Below are positions 40,787 to 55,642 of a stretch of 64,000 bases of DNA, in pieces. Below the pieces are notes generated by a model that saw only the letters and a program-made list of their open reading frames with translations, had not been told where the DNA came from and did no database searches. Numbering within the stretch: position 1 is the first letter of the stretch; each line of letters opens with the position of its first letter. The DNA comes from Chrysomallon squamiferum (lineage: Eukaryota; Animalia; Mollusca), in contig CM022676.1 of assembly GCA_012295275.1 (NCBI GenBank), positions 13,702,001 to 13,766,000 of the forward strand. The letters run 5' to 3'. The position numbers and the translations under genes were made by a program.

Positions 40787-41462
40787 CAGTCACTATTTTA
40801 GGAAAATTACTTTAAAAGTTCTTGTTAAAGTTAGCTTCATTTTTCATTGCTTTTATTATTTATTGACACCTTTCCCGCAGTATTTTCCTGATTATTGTTA
40901 AGTAAAGCAAAGTAAATAAATAAATAAACAAACAAACAAACAAACAAACAAACAAATGAATGGTATAAAAACCATTCATTTTAATGATGTATACTGAGGA
41001 TTTGCTCTCATCCATATCCAGAAAATCTAACAAACAGATTCTGTCATCTTTTCATGTATCTCTGTTCAAAGTTTATTTTGTCTTTCGCATTTACACATTT
41101 TAAATCATAAAGTTATTTTTATTCCTTTTAACTTATCAGCTTTTGAAGATTAAAGGACAGTTAATCTTTTCAAACTGATATTTGTGTCAAAGCCACTTTG
41201 ATGAATAAACTGGATTTTTTTTTTTTTTAAAAGCAGTATTACTACACAGTTAAATAAAAGAAAAAGATGTTTTTACTTGTTACAGGTGCTGCAGGCAATA
41301 TACACTTGATCTACTCAGCTTTTTCGCTGCGAGATAGTTTCAACTTTGTTTATGTCGCAGTTTTGCTGTTTTTCATGTTAGATTTCTGTAACTAAATACA
41401 ATACATTCAATGCAGGAGAAAGATCTAGTCATAATTTTTTTTTTTTTTTAAATACATTTTAG

Positions 41463-41517
41463 GTGAAATAAAGGCTAACGGTTACATAGCTTCTTCTATG
41501 TTTTATGTGACAATCAC
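41463..41517 (+). CDS. Type B2 55-nt exon (GPI-type signal, part 1)
   Basis: AG/GT bounded, phase 1 to 2, GEIKANGYIASSMFYVTI. Confidence 0.7.
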
Positions 41518-41797
41518 GTAGGAGTCTGGAAACTCTTCTTTTTAATTAGTTATTTTATTGTTCAATGTAATATTAAACTTATCTTCCTCTCCTATCAGAC
41601 TGTCTTCTTTCTAAAGGATTATGTATGTGTGTGTATGTGTGTGTGAGTTATATGTATGTATGTATGTATGTGTGTGTATGTGTGTGTGTGTGTGTGTGTG
41701 TATGCAAAGGTATGCATATATTGGTGCATCTACTATGTCTATATATGAGGGTGTATAATAATTATTTTTATTTCATCTTTATTTTATCTTTCTTCAG

Positions 41798-41834
41798 GTT
41801 TATCAACACTTTAGTCATCACTGGTTTGCTGTAG
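41798..41834 (+). CDS. Type B2 last coding exon (GPI-type signal, part 2)
   Basis: Encodes (T)FINTLVITGLL*, a hydrophobic C-terminus with no cytoplasmic tail. Confidence 0.7.
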
Positions 41835-43938
41835 ATCTACAGACTCCTCAGAGATAGATAAACACGGAGATATGAGATGTATAAAATATTGACAACAATC
41901 TAAATTATATATGTATATAGTGGGTTTTTTCGGATTTATTTATATATTTATTAAAATGATTATTTTTGTTGTTTTGTTTGTTGTTGTTTTTTTGCTTTTT
42001 TACTAGACTTATGATATATCTCTGTCTGTGTTTCTAAAATCTAATTTCTAAGTAAATAAAGTATTTTATCTAATATGAGATACTGATGTTATTATATTTT
42101 TACAAATAATTGTATATAATATAAACTCTTTTAGCAGTGACAGAAAGTTTGTTATGCAAATTATAATTATTATTAATGTAATAGTTATGAATGTTCTCTT
42201 TATCGTTTGTAAGGAAAGAGTGAACTGGTATGTATATCTGTAAAATACTGCTTAGAATGATAAATCACAAGTAACTGCGTATTGAGAATGCTGGTACGTT
42301 TTCACTACATTTCACAGCATCTCAGAAAAGAGACATTTTCAAAGAACATGCTAATAGTTTTTTAAGCTGCTTGTCTTGTATGAACACAATTAAAACTAAA
42401 CATGTTTTGCAGCTTTTATTAATTAATATTATTATGAAATTCGTTGCTGAGTGTGAAGTGCTTTAATGTGACTTTAATTATCTATATTTAAATAGTTTCA
42501 CATTTCAGCTATTATATTAACTCTTTTTTCTCCTTCTTTCTAATATTTTAACTGAGTATTTTCTCTGCTTCAGTTGTATTACTGTTTAATGGTATATATT
42601 ATTTTGAAAATGCTAATAAACGTATGTAAATTTTGGTAACAAATTTGAAATAAGGTTATAAAATTACTGAAATTCTTTGTTAAGTGCGAAATGTTTAAAT
42701 TTCCATGATCCATGTACACGTTTTAATGATAGTTTCACATTTCATCTTTGATGTTACATCTCTCATTTATTTTTTTCTATTATTTTAATTGACTCTTTTC
42801 ATTTTTATGTTTAAATTTATCACCTTGTATAATGCTCTATATTTGACATTAAACAAATACCTCTTAGCTTTCATTAACAAACTAAATTAACTGTGTTTGT
42901 TTTTGTTCCATTAACCATCATAATTTCACGGGTACTGCACTGACAGACATATATACAGATGAATTACCACTGAAATTTCTCGCTTTGAAAAAAAAAAATA
43001 ATAATAATAATAATAAAACAAAAAATAATAAGAATAAAACATAAATAAAATACAAAAATAAAATAAAATAAATTACATCAAAACAATAAAAGGATGTCAT
43101 ATTTATGACGTTAAACTGAAAAAAATAACAAAGTAATGCCAGTTTTATGCATCGAAAAATTCGCATATTTTTCATCAAAAAGCAAAATAAACACGATTTC
43201 AGGTTCATTGCATGAAAATAAAATTCTACATTAATTTGCAGCTAATTAATTACACACAGATGTCAAAATAAACATTTAAAATACTGAAGTAGCATACAAA
43301 TAAATACACAAACTGCGTGCGTGTAAGAGGTGATAATAGTTTGTTTACCAATTCATATACACAATTTAGGTATTTGCTGAAGCTAGAAATACTGTTGCCG
43401 CTCGACTTAATTATTTTCATAATATTTTACACAAATAAAGGTAAGTAATGATCTACATTTAACACAAGTCCTATAAGGAAAACTATTCATCTTTTGCCTG
43501 GATGATTGTGTGAAAGCATTTCTAATCTGAAAATTATAAGTACTTCTATAACAACAAAACGCAAACGTTTCTTATGTTATTTTAGTTAGGAAATAAAATA
43601 AAATTGTAAGTGGTTTATTTATGAAATAACTAAGTACATATAAACGTAAAAGAAATATTTGGTTCAATATCGAGTAGTTCAATATAAAAAAAAATATAAA
43701 CAAAATAAATAAATACACAAAATAATAATAATAATAATAAAGAAAGAAAGAAAGAAAGAAAGAAAGAAATAAAGAAATAACGTATATCAAAGACAATTTT
43801 TTTTTTGTTGCAAAATTTCAAATATAGAGCCTGATTCCCTACAAAGCAATTAGACTCGTCCACGACGTCTTCCGGTATCAAACGTAGCCTTGAAGTTTGC
43901 TTATTATAGTAAGATAGAAAATAATTTGTTGAGTTAGT

Positions 43939-43969
<31 letters not shown>

Positions 43970-44520
43970 TTTTAAACATGGATTTTAAACATGTGATTTT
44001 TAAATAAGTGTTCGAAATGGACTACAGGGACATGAGCAAAGATGATTCTCTGTCGTTCGTTACTAATATTTATCAAAAAAAACAAAACCCTGCCCCCCCC
44101 AAAAAAAAAACCCAGTATAATGACAGGAAAGATTTCGAATAACTCCCCCTTAAGCTTCTAAAGAGGAAGTTGACGCGATTGTATAAGAAAGTGGTGCTTG
44201 CCTTATGAAAGAAAGATGTATATGTATATGTGTGGTCTAGATGTTTATGTCAACTCTCGTAATTATTATTTGTATTAGATTCAGTTTGTGTTACTGTTAC
44301 TGCCAACACAATGAGGTCATATTAGATTTGTAAGTATGCCAGAATGACGTCAGAAATCATTAAGTAACACTTACGTAATGAAGTTTGCACTTTGTTGAGG
44401 TATTTAAAAAAAAAAAAACAGATGACCTGTTTCCAAACAGTGATAGAACTGTAGGTATAATGCTTGATTAATGTGAAATGTCATGCAGTTGCTATGCGCG
44501 ACCACACCGTCTTTAATTTC

Positions 44521-44562
<42 letters not shown>

Positions 44563-44676
44563 ACGGAGAATTTATAGTAGGTACAAAATTGTACTTTCCG
44601 CCACTAGGACCTATCCTTGTTCCAGTGTGGTTTGTCCGTTTCTAAATTTCGAGTTACTTAATTATATCATCAAAAT

Positions 44677-44779
<103 letters not shown>

Positions 44780-46549
44780 CAAATGAGCGATCGCGCGTTT
44801 TCTTATATTTTGATACATTTATCGATTATTTTCACTCTGTTACAATGTTTTCATTCTTAGATAGTTATGATTACTTTAACTGCATATCTACTATAAAATA
44901 GACATACTTTTCTCTACACATTTGTATTAAAATGAAAACCAGATTTTTAAACACTGCTGAAACAGTGATTAAGTATAAAACTTCACTTTCATACCAGTTT
45001 TCTTTTTTAAAAAACAAATATACTGGCCCAGTTTACTAGACATTTTCATTAACAAGGAATTATTGTGATGTACATTTTTTTTTTTTTTTTTTGGTTAATA
45101 ATACAGGATAAAAATGGTTGATTTCAGTGGTCTAACAATCAAAAGTTTCATCCTATGTCAGTTCACCCAATGATTGTTTTTTTGTTAGTGGAAACCACTG
45201 AAGTTAAGTTTACGATACACAAGGAAAAAATCTCCAAATTTGGAATAACTTACATATTAATAAGCACAAGCTGTGACATGATTTGTACATTAAAAAAAAT
45301 GGTTATGTGAGTTTGACAAACAAAATTTGCACTGTTATAACTTCAGTTTTGAATCCAAAGAACAATTCTGTTAGATCACTAGGTAATTTTGCACTGATAT
45401 GAAAGAAAATAAGTAAATAACACAGTTGACCGAAATATAATAATTTAAACAGTGATTATTCAATAACTCCATGGTGGATACAACATTTGTTTCAAGCACA
45501 TAAAAAGGTGAAATCCTATTAACAGAGATGCCATGCAGTGGTTGTTGCTGTTGGTGACAACACACGTTATTGATTTCAAAAATACAAAAGAAGAACAACA
45601 ATTTTAGTTTTTTTGGTGTCAGAGGACATTTGATGAAAGGACACATTTTTTTTTTAAACTTTCTTAAGTGTGAAAAATCAACTTATATCTGTTAAAAAAA
45701 GGTATTCAGTGTTATTTAAAGTTCTTGTGTGTTTATTGTAGATATTAGTTGACTCCATAGCGTTCATCAAGAAAAGTCTCTGTTGTTTCATAAAAGGTTA
45801 CTCTTAAGGACCAATAAAATTGTATTTTGCTTAAATTGGTACTTTTAGAACTTTATAATGGTTTACTTTTTCTCAGAAATGTAAACCGTTCTAGAAACTA
45901 GACATTAACAGTTTTCTAATCATACCACAAAAGATTATGTAATCCAAAACTGGAATTTGTTTCCTGAATGTTGCATTTTACTTGATCTTGCTCAAAAGTA
46001 AATGTCATTGTAAGTGCCTTTTGCCATTTCTTACTAAAATTAGTTAAATATTAACATAATTCAAGAAAAAAAAAATGTATGCACAAGGAACAAGGGTGTG
46101 AAGATTTTTGTGTCTGTGGTAAAGATTTGATTCATTGTTGATTTTTGATTAAACATAATGAAAAAAAAAAATGTCAGGTGTATAACTTTTTTATCATATT
46201 TTTTACAGTTTAATTTTTAATTTATTACTTTTATTTTCATTGTAGTCAACAAATAACATGAAATGCTTTTCTAATGTGGCTGACTCAGATTATGATAAAA
46301 TTTTGGAAACTAAAGGTTGGACCATTTGAACCAAAAATGTCGTAATTTTGAAGGTCCAAAACAAACTTGTAAAACAATTTTTAACAGAATCTGAATCATT
46401 CAGGTTAAAACCAGAATATGATTTTGAATATGAGATATTCAAAAATATATCTGTTGTAAATTAAATCAGGTTGCATATTCAGAATATTTTTTTTTTTTGC
46501 TACAAATATTGCATTTCATTTGTTGTTTTTTCCTTCTCTTTTACAGATT

Positions 46550-46616
46550 ATGAAGATTAACAAATTTATAATAATTCTTATTTTTGTCTGCATTGCATTT
46601 TCTAGAAGTATTTTAG
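46550..46616 (+). CDS. Type B1 copy 2 signal-peptide exon
   Basis: Same as 12704-12770. Confidence 0.85.
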
Positions 46617-47274
46617 GTGAGTTAAATCCTTTTTCAATTTATTTATTTATTTTTTTCCTTACTTTTTAAGTCAGAATATAAACCTGTATATATATTAAAT
46701 AATGAGGATTATTACTTGCATTACACTTTTTCACAGAAATGTAATCTGACATACTTGTAAATTTTAGTTCAGTGAATGCTGGTTTTATTTATTTAAAAAA
46801 AAAATTATATTTGGTTTTCATCTATGTTAAAATTTTAATTGAAATATAGACAATTGTGTTCTCATAAACTGTGGCATTAATCAAACAGAAAATGAATTGA
46901 GGACAAACTGTTGTTTTTATTTATTTTTTTGACTGGTGTATATCAACTATCTGTTATGAATTTTGTAGGAAACAGTACTTGGTTACTGCTACTACAAGTG
47001 TGTCATCAGACTCCATGCCCAGATGTTAGAATCTTAGGCTGTTACTTAGTAGTTGTGTCTAGGTCATAAGCACTTAGTCCATAACCATGGTTTATTATTA
47101 ATACTATTATAATTTTATTTTTATTTGTATGTTTCTTTATAGGAAAAGGTGAAAAAAAAGAAATAAGAAATCAGTTTTATTTATGATTGTATTTAAACTG
47201 AAATAAAAATGCTAGAAAACATAACAAATTGTAAATACACATACAAACATTCACACTTACAACTGTTATTTCAG

Positions 47275-47583
47275 GTCAGTATGTCATTGCAAAATCTAAA
47301 GACACAGTTCTAAATGGAGCATCATTAACAATTACATGTAATACGAGCAGAAAAGTAGATGGAATAGCTTGGACACGGGGTGATAATAGCTTCCTTGTTT
47401 CACAAGGATCAGGTACAAGTTGTACTGGAGATATGCCACCACAATACGACTTCACATGTTCCCAAGGGAGTTTATACAACTTAACAATACCCAGTATTAC
47501 GTTCATTGAAAATGGAATAGATTGGAGATGTCAGGGTGAATTTGGAGGAGATGACAGTAATACCATTATTGTAAATGTTACTG
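47275..47583 (+). CDS. Type B1 copy 2 V/I-like Ig exon
   Basis: 309 nt, open. Differs from 13425-13733 by S>A, I>S and V>D. Confidence 0.9.
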
Positions 47584-49622
47584 GTAAGTTTTGATAATTA
47601 TAGTTGTTTGTATGAGGTTAATAGTTTTATCTCATCCAAAAGAATTATAAAAATGATTTCATACATTTTAGCAGATATCTTAACTTGTAATAAAGGAAAG
47701 AAAATATTTTCTAGAAAGCATTTATATTTTTGTTCTTTATGTGAGTCTGTTTCGTGCTAGTTCAGTAAGGAAGAAATTTAACACATTGCTAGTTTACATC
47801 AAATTAATTTAATTCCTCAGATTTTCTGATATAATTTTTGATATTTTCTGGAATTACAATACACACTTCCTTAACATACAGTTAACCTTAGTTAACTCAA
47901 GTGTTTATTTGTTGATAACCTCATTCTCTCAAGATGAAGCTCTGGTCCTGTTTAAGTTAGTCATAATTGGTAATAATAACCTTTAATCATCCAAATAATC
48001 AAAAACCTCTATTTATTCAAAGTTGTTTATGGTCACAAACAGCTGATTTAATAGTGTTAATTAATGTTTGAAAAGTCATAGTGCTGGAATTGTTAGTCTA
48101 TTGTTTCACTTGTTAAATATGGAACAATAAATCATTGATTAAGTGAAATAAAATATGCCCCCTCCATTTCTGTTTTTTACAGTATCTTTACATAATTGCA
48201 TAAAGTTCACTGATAGATGTTAGCTTTTGCTGTTTAAATGCCAGTTAATGTTTAACATCTGTTGAATTGTGAAAAATCGCATCTTTGTAAACAAGGTCCC
48301 TTTTCTGCTTTACGAGCCCTGTCTAATGTTTTCCAATACACCTCCTTCGGTTTCAGGTGCCAGTGTTCTGACTGTTGTTCTTTGGCTGTTGGATTCTCAA
48401 AGGCTTGGTATAACCCTTTGTATATAAGTACTGATTCATTTCATATTGGGATATCACACCACCGATGTTATGGTTAATTGGTGACATCTTCAGTTGAGAA
48501 ACCAACGTGTCACATTTATCAGTGATGATCTGGCCCTCATAGGCCAGACATTTATGTGCACATTTTCACATTTCAGGTGTCAATTTTTTTTTTGTCAAAC
48601 AGAATACTTTTGGTGGTTCTGATGAGCAGGTCATGATTTTGACAGATATACAAGATAAATAAAGATAATCATAAAAGAGAAAAAAAAAAAAAACAACAAG
48701 AAAATTCTGAGTAGGGTGAATGTACTTTAGAGGATGGACAGTCAAACTTCTCTTTTGTTGTTTCTAATATATTGCATAATGGATTGTTATCACTGTAGGA
48801 GATCCTTTAATCCTTATCATATTCTTTTCAGAGAAAAAATATTATAGATATATATAGATATATGTCGGTATGTTAAGAAAACATTCAGCTCTAGGACACC
48901 AGTAAATGACATGTTTTATTGGATTGAGCCTTAAGAAAGAAACAAAATAAGACCAACATTTTTGAAATTCCTTGAAAATTGAAGGAGTTGAGGCAATTTC
49001 AAATGCTGGAAAATGTACCAATTTTTTTCTTTTTGTTTTATTATGTCATTTGGTGAAATGCTATGATCCTGAATAAAAAATTAACATGATAAAAATGCCT
49101 ATATCACCTGAAATAGTGGAAAGTGCATAATTGTAAATATCTGTCTTCTGTTTTGCATAACATTAAGACTTTTGAACTACAATGTATATACTAACTTAAT
49201 TATACATCTGATGATAAACATTTTTCACAAAGTGACTGAAATCTTACAGTAATAAACTTTACCTAAATATTCAAAGAAGTGATTGATTTCCACATAAATT
49301 TCACAAAGTATGTGAAACCTTACAGTAATAAACTTAATATTTTGTGAAACTCACAGTTTGAAAATAATAATTTTTACATAGGCGCCACTTCAGCAATTGT
49401 TGTTTTGTTACACAACCCTATTACTAATATTGAGATTAACACAGTATTTCATATTACTAATAAATAAAATACAATGAAATAAATATAAATAATAATAATC
49501 TTCTTTCTTTTTTAAGATCTATGTTTCTTTCCATTTGGAAGTAAATGTTTTACAATGGTAAAAATTAGTACTTATTAATTTTCAAGATTTCAATCTTTAT
49601 TGTTTTATTTTTCATTTTCAAG

Positions 49623-49933
49623 TTCCTTTGCAGAAAGTCTCTATAACAAGTGGGTCAACTCCAGTAAAGCCAGCAATTCTTACACAGATGAACTGTTCAA
49701 CCAACCCTTGTTATCCAGAAGCTGTAATCACATGGACTTTAGATGGTACAAAGATAACAGACGGCATTATCAGCTCCACTGAGACAATTGTTGACTCTGG
49801 TATTGTAACAAGGAGCAGTTTAAATGAAAAATTTAATACATATGATAATGGAAAAAGTTTGGTTTCTTCAGTTACTTCAGTTTCTCTCTTATATCAACAT
49901 TGTTACAGAACATTCAACTCTAATAATTGTTAA
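49623..49933 (+). CDS. Type B1 copy 2 terminal C2 exon, truncated (no second canonical Cys, no donor, ends in stop)
   Basis: Encodes VPLQKVSITSGSTPVKPAILTQMNCSTNPCYPEAVITW...DNGKSLVSSVTSVSLLYQHCYRTFNSNNC*. Confidence 0.75.
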
Positions 49934-49972
49934 TAATAAAATATTACACATTTGGTGAACACTGTATATTGC

Positions 49973-50041
<69 letters not shown>

Positions 50042-51240
50042 AAAATAACAAACCCAACATGCAGACAGGAGAAAATTTTCTTTAAGAATGTTTTATATAC
50101 AAATCATTAACAAATGTAACTATTTTAAAGATAAAAGATTCACTTAAAATAATAGAAGAAAACAGTGAAAGCGTTATTGTCAGGGTTGAAATTCGAAACA
50201 TTCGGTATATGCATAATTAAGACGTGTACATGGAGCATGGATATTAAAGCATTTCACACATAGTTTCTATAATGTTATGAAATGTACTCGCGCCCAGAAT
50301 TAATCTCGAACAATAACTGATTTTTTTGTATGTTACAGATCGTTTTTACAAAAAAACAAAATACAAAATTATATTTTTTATCTTTATTTGACCATAAACT
50401 CTGGTTGATAACCGTCTCCAATTTTTTAGCAGAAACAATAATAATAAATATATAGATACCTAACCAAATAAATAATAACCTTTGAAATTCATATATTGCA
50501 TCATTGTATTATTTTAAAGATTAGTCTCATAATACAGATGTGTTTATTTTAGCCGTTTTAACGCGAATAGCGAAAACCTGGCAGCTTAGTAAGGCACGCC
50601 ATGCTGTACGAGTGCGTGAAAGAACATAAAATACAAGTTAGGCACACGTCAAAATTCAGAGTGTTTTAATGACATCTCCAAACGAAAATTTAACTTTGAA
50701 CAGACTAAATTCAAACAGAGAAAAATTTCAATTAAAATAAATAAAGTAGAAAAAACACCACAGTTGAAATTTGAAACTGTTTAAATATGGAACAAATAAA
50801 ATTACATTAAAGCACTTAACGTTTAACAATGAGTTTCAATAATTTTATAAATATTAAAACACTTTAATAACTGTAAGAATACTAACAACCAACGTCAACA
50901 CTTTTCTTATAAAAATGTCTTCTTTCTGAAATGCTTTGAAATGTAGTGAAAATATACCAGCATTCTAACTGATCACTTACTTCTGTAACAAGTATTTGGC
51001 ACATGTATACTAATACACTGTTTACTTACAAATGATAAAAAGAAACACAGTTTTAAATTCTATCCAATTATTCTAAAAGTAACTGTCAAAATGTTATAAG
51101 ATCAGTCGTTCACAGTAAATAAAATATTCTATTTAGTTACAAATTAAATTCTAGAAATATACATATGTAATATATTTCATTTAGAAAAACTTAAAACCAA
51201 AAGAATCATTTTAATACATATATAAATATACAAAGTAAGT

Positions 51241-51295
<55 letters not shown>

Positions 51296-51402
51296 TTGAG
51301 GATAAAACCCAAAGAAAGAAACAAGAATATAATTTAGATTGTTGTCAATATTTTATACATCTCATATCTCCGTGTTTATCTATCTCTGAGGAGTCTGTAG
51401 AT

Positions 51403-51439
51403 CTACAGCAAACCAGTGATGACTAAAGTGTTGATAAAC
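51403..51439 (-). CDS. Type B3 last coding exon, FINTLVITGLL*
   Basis: Minus-strand tctttcttcag acceptor; TAG at 51405-51403. Confidence 0.75.
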
Positions 51440-51814
51440 CTGAAGAAAGATAAAATAAAGATAAAATGATAAACAAAGAATTATTAGACACACGGAAATA
51501 GATAAGCACAGACACAGACAAGAAAGGCATACAGACATCAAAAAAGACAACATGTGTAGATAGACATCATTACATACACTGATACAGGCACATCTTTACA
51601 TGTACATATAGATAATACATATATACATACATACACAAGTAATTGAAGACGGTCCGACAGAAAAGTAGATATACAGAATCACAGAAACAAACAGACTGAG
51701 CGATACTAGACATAGGTACAGATGATACATGCAGGTATACTGAGAGGAAAGCTGATAAAATTAATATTACAATAAAATAACTAATAAAAAGAAAATAGTT
51801 ACAAGACTACTTAC

Positions 51815-51869
51815 GTGATTATTACATAAATCATTGGAGAAAATATGGAATCGCTTCCGCTTATGTACT
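51815..51869 (-). CDS. Type B3 55-nt exon, EYISGSDSIFSPMIYVII
   Basis: ttattttag acceptor, gtaagt donor. SGS is a plausible GPI omega site. Confidence 0.75.
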
Positions 51870-52559
51870 CTAAAATAAATAAATAAATAAATAATCCTTT
51901 AATTACTACCAAATATCTAGCAGCACACATATACTCATATCTTTCAAGCACGTCTATCTCCAGAAGTGAAGGTCTTGTCCCAGTCAAGCACTTATATTCG
52001 TTCTTAATGACCTTCAAAAATTCAAATGCTGACAACAGTAAAAACCTGTTTCTCAAAGATTTTTTTCGGTCCTAGACTATTGATTTAATTGAAATTAGCC
52101 TCCGAAAACTCAAAGCAGAGAACAGTAAGTTCTTCTTTAAGCGGAATAAAATTAACTTACTATTGGTCATCTGCCTATGTAAGGCTAAGAGCTTCTTTAC
52201 ATAATATATAATTGCATACAGTCCTCAAAGAACTGCCATAGTGAACTATTAACTCTTACTCATTAATGTTTCTTTGTATTTACAAAGAAATGTATTGTGG
52301 GAAACATGTTATTTGCAATTTAAATGTGAGTTAAGAGAACTGTGTGAATTATGTTTTTAAATCTGAATACATACATACATTCATATATAGATAGATAGCT
52401 AGATATATAGATATATGCTTATATATACAGACCTGTACCTGTATATTCATTAGAAGAAACTGCTGTAAATGTTTGAATTCCCTGAAAGTTAACCTATTTT
52501 ATTGATACTTTTCAGTTTTGAATTATCAAGCTGTATCTGTGTCTGTACAAACATACACA

Positions 52560-52811
52560 CAGTCGAAACTCGTCTAACAGTCAGCTGTTCAAAATCCCAC
52601 CTCAAATTCCCCCAAAAGCATTTCCTTCTTTAAATGAGCTGTTCTGTGTAGTCACTGGTTTATAACCGCCAGCAGCCAATGATTTTCACTGAAAATAATC
52701 AACTGAACCTACTATAATGGTCACCGTTGTTACATATTTTAATAGCTTTCCAATGGGGCTAAAAGCAGCCAGAGCCTAATGCTTGCAAAATATTTAACAG
52801 GGTTTTCACTG
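52560..52811. mobile_element. Possible old Tigger/pogo-like MITE
   Basis: Imperfect terminal inverted repeats cagtcgaaactcgtctaa and ttaacagggttttcactg. Confidence 0.35.
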
Positions 52812-54177
52812 TTGAGTTAAAGCAAAAGTGCTACGTATAGTGTTTAAAACATCCTGTTTTACATACAGGTTATGAATTTACAGAAAAACTCATGATCAAA
52901 GAAACAACAACACTCCGTTTATGAGCAAATCTTTATCTTTTTCTCCTTGCAATTCATAAAGTTTTTGTCTGCTTGTAAGCCAAATTAATAGAGGTTAATA
53001 AACACTGATTCTGCACTGACTGGCTGAACTGTAACTGTCTACCACTAATCAGATAAAGTGAATGCATATAACATTGGCTGGGACTTTTACTGAGACTAGG
53101 ATGTCAACAATGACCACTACGTTGGTATCATCCATGTCAGTGGTATCCATCATTTTCCCTGAGTCAAACACCTTCGTTATGGCTGTCTTAAGTCTGTGTT
53201 TACTCAGATTCCACAAACTTGCATAATTTACGTTAATTTAATAATGAAATGTGTTGATTAGATGAGATCACATTATATTGTGAAAAGAATAATTTTCAAG
53301 CATTCTTTACCATTTTTTGAGCAAAAACAATCATCTCATTGGGGAGAAAAGTGTAATTAAGAACAAAAAAAAAACAGTAACTTATTTTTATTTTATACTT
53401 TGACAAAGAATAGTTTCACACACACAATTAGTTGACATTGTTGTTCTACATCTGTAATATATATTTTACAAATGTGAAGGTAAGTAAATATAACACAAAC
53501 AAAAATAAGTCAAATATAATATTGCCAATTTTTGAGTTCCATTGCTTTCAACCACAAAGAATCCATGTAAAGATCATCAATAGGCATCTTTGTTTCTCTA
53601 GGAGCATTTTTGGAATGTTTTAATTTCTATAAACACAAATCTCCTTCTTAAACCATTCAAATAACTGACTAAACAGTTTGGGCCTACAATGACTGAGTAC
53701 TACAGAGCAGCTGATCATGTAGAAGGAAACCAAAAATTCATTGTTTTACTGTTGTGATTAGCCCGACAATAAAGACAGTTTTTGTAAACTTATACAAAAA
53801 TTATTTTATTAAGCTGGATATGATAAATGAAATAATGACAGTACACAATGTTGTATACAATAATGCTTGCAATTTAGAAAGCTATTCAAATAGGAGTATG
53901 AAATTCAAGAAGTATTCATAAACAAACATCAGAATGAAACCTTTGTTAAATAATTTTATCACATATGGCATGGGTCTGTATCAAATATTTGATAAACTAA
54001 CTGTTATATCAGAAAAAGAATATTGTTGATATTTAAAATTAATATTATGTTTATGACAACAGCTTGGTTATGTCATATTGTCTCATTTCACCTTCACAAA
54101 ACCTTACCTACACACACACTGTATTATTATTATTATTTGAAAGTGGCTCAGTATGTACTTACATAAAGAACACCTAC

Positions 54178-54468
54178 CTCGTATAGGAAGAATGAAGAAA
54201 GTTGACACATCATTATTAGCTGAACAAACCAAACGTTTCCCGTTGTCTTCTGCAGTAAAGGTTGTATTTAAAGAACTTCTTGTTACAATACCATAGTCAG
54301 CAACAGTCTCAGTGGAGTTAGTAATACCATCTTCTAACTTTATACCATTTAACGTCCAGGTGATTGTAGCTGGCGGGTAACATGGGTTAGTTGAACAATT
54401 CATCTGTGTCAGAATTTTTGGTTCTATTTCAGCTGGTCTAGTTGTTATAGACACGTTTGTCAGATTAA
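54178..54468 (-). CDS. Type B3 C2 Ig exon
   Basis: ttttccctag acceptor, gtaggt donor, 291 nt. Encodes VNLTNVSIT...MNCSTNPCYPPATITW...EDNGKRLVCSA...LPIR. Confidence 0.9.
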
Positions 54469-55642
54469 CTAGGGAAAACATAATAATTAATGAACAAAAA
54501 CAAAAACAACTTTAAAATGTTAAAATAAAAGAAATTTATAAATTTATATATATATAATTACAGAATAAAAATAACAATGAATAGATAAATTATCTCAAAG
54601 AACAGAATGCAAAGAACACTGTATTAATTAAGAATTAAAACTAAAATTAAAATTAAAACTAAAATAATAATAATAAAGATGAGATTAAATAATTAATGTC
54701 TAATTATTTTACTTTGTTTAGAAAAGATGTTTGGCTAATTTTTTACTTCAAGGTCACTGTCACAGTGCCAATGCTTAAAGTGCTTGCTATCACGTATAGG
54801 TATTTAGAACACTCTGGTCAGTTTTAAACAGTGACAGTAAAAAAATATATATACATTATCCACTAGATAAATAAAACATAAAGATGAGTGTAGTTTGCAT
54901 TATTTATTTATACATGGAACATATTTTGCAATAATATAAAATACAATAAACACTACTAAATTATATGCAATTTTGTGGAAACCTGAGTTGAAATAATTTC
55001 AGGTGGAATTGGTCATGCTAATTAAAGACAGAATCGGTCACAGAAAAATCAAGTTATTAAATGTAAGTTTATTAAATAATATGCTTTTAATAACAGATTA
55101 CATTGTCTAATGACGGTATCAACAAAACATGAGAAACAAGTATCTGACCAGATGACGCTGCCAAATGCAGTTAAAAGTGGTTTATTTACTGATTAAAATT
55201 ATTAATATTTGTCATTATTTCATTTTTTCTCTATTTTATGTATTGAGACTAGATGATCTCAAGATTACAGTCTTATAAAAAATCTAGATTTAGTGTATGT
55301 TATAATGAAACTTTTGTATTTTTCACAGGAATTATCGAAATGAAATTAAATTATATAAATACTGCTATTAAGTAGAAAACTATCATGTCTTTTTTTTCAG
55401 TTTTATTATTGTGGACAATACCCACTAAACATTCAAAAGTTGAACCTTGAATGCACCTAACTTTGATTACTTTATTAAAGAGGTAGGATGTCAAATCTAC
55501 TAGTATGTTTTTATGTTAACAAACATTTTTCTAAGACAAATGCACATAGATTTATAAAGAATAAATAAAAAGAAAATAATAAATAATAATAAGTAAGATT
55601 AAAAATCTAGTTTGATATATTTATGAAATAAAGTATTCATAC

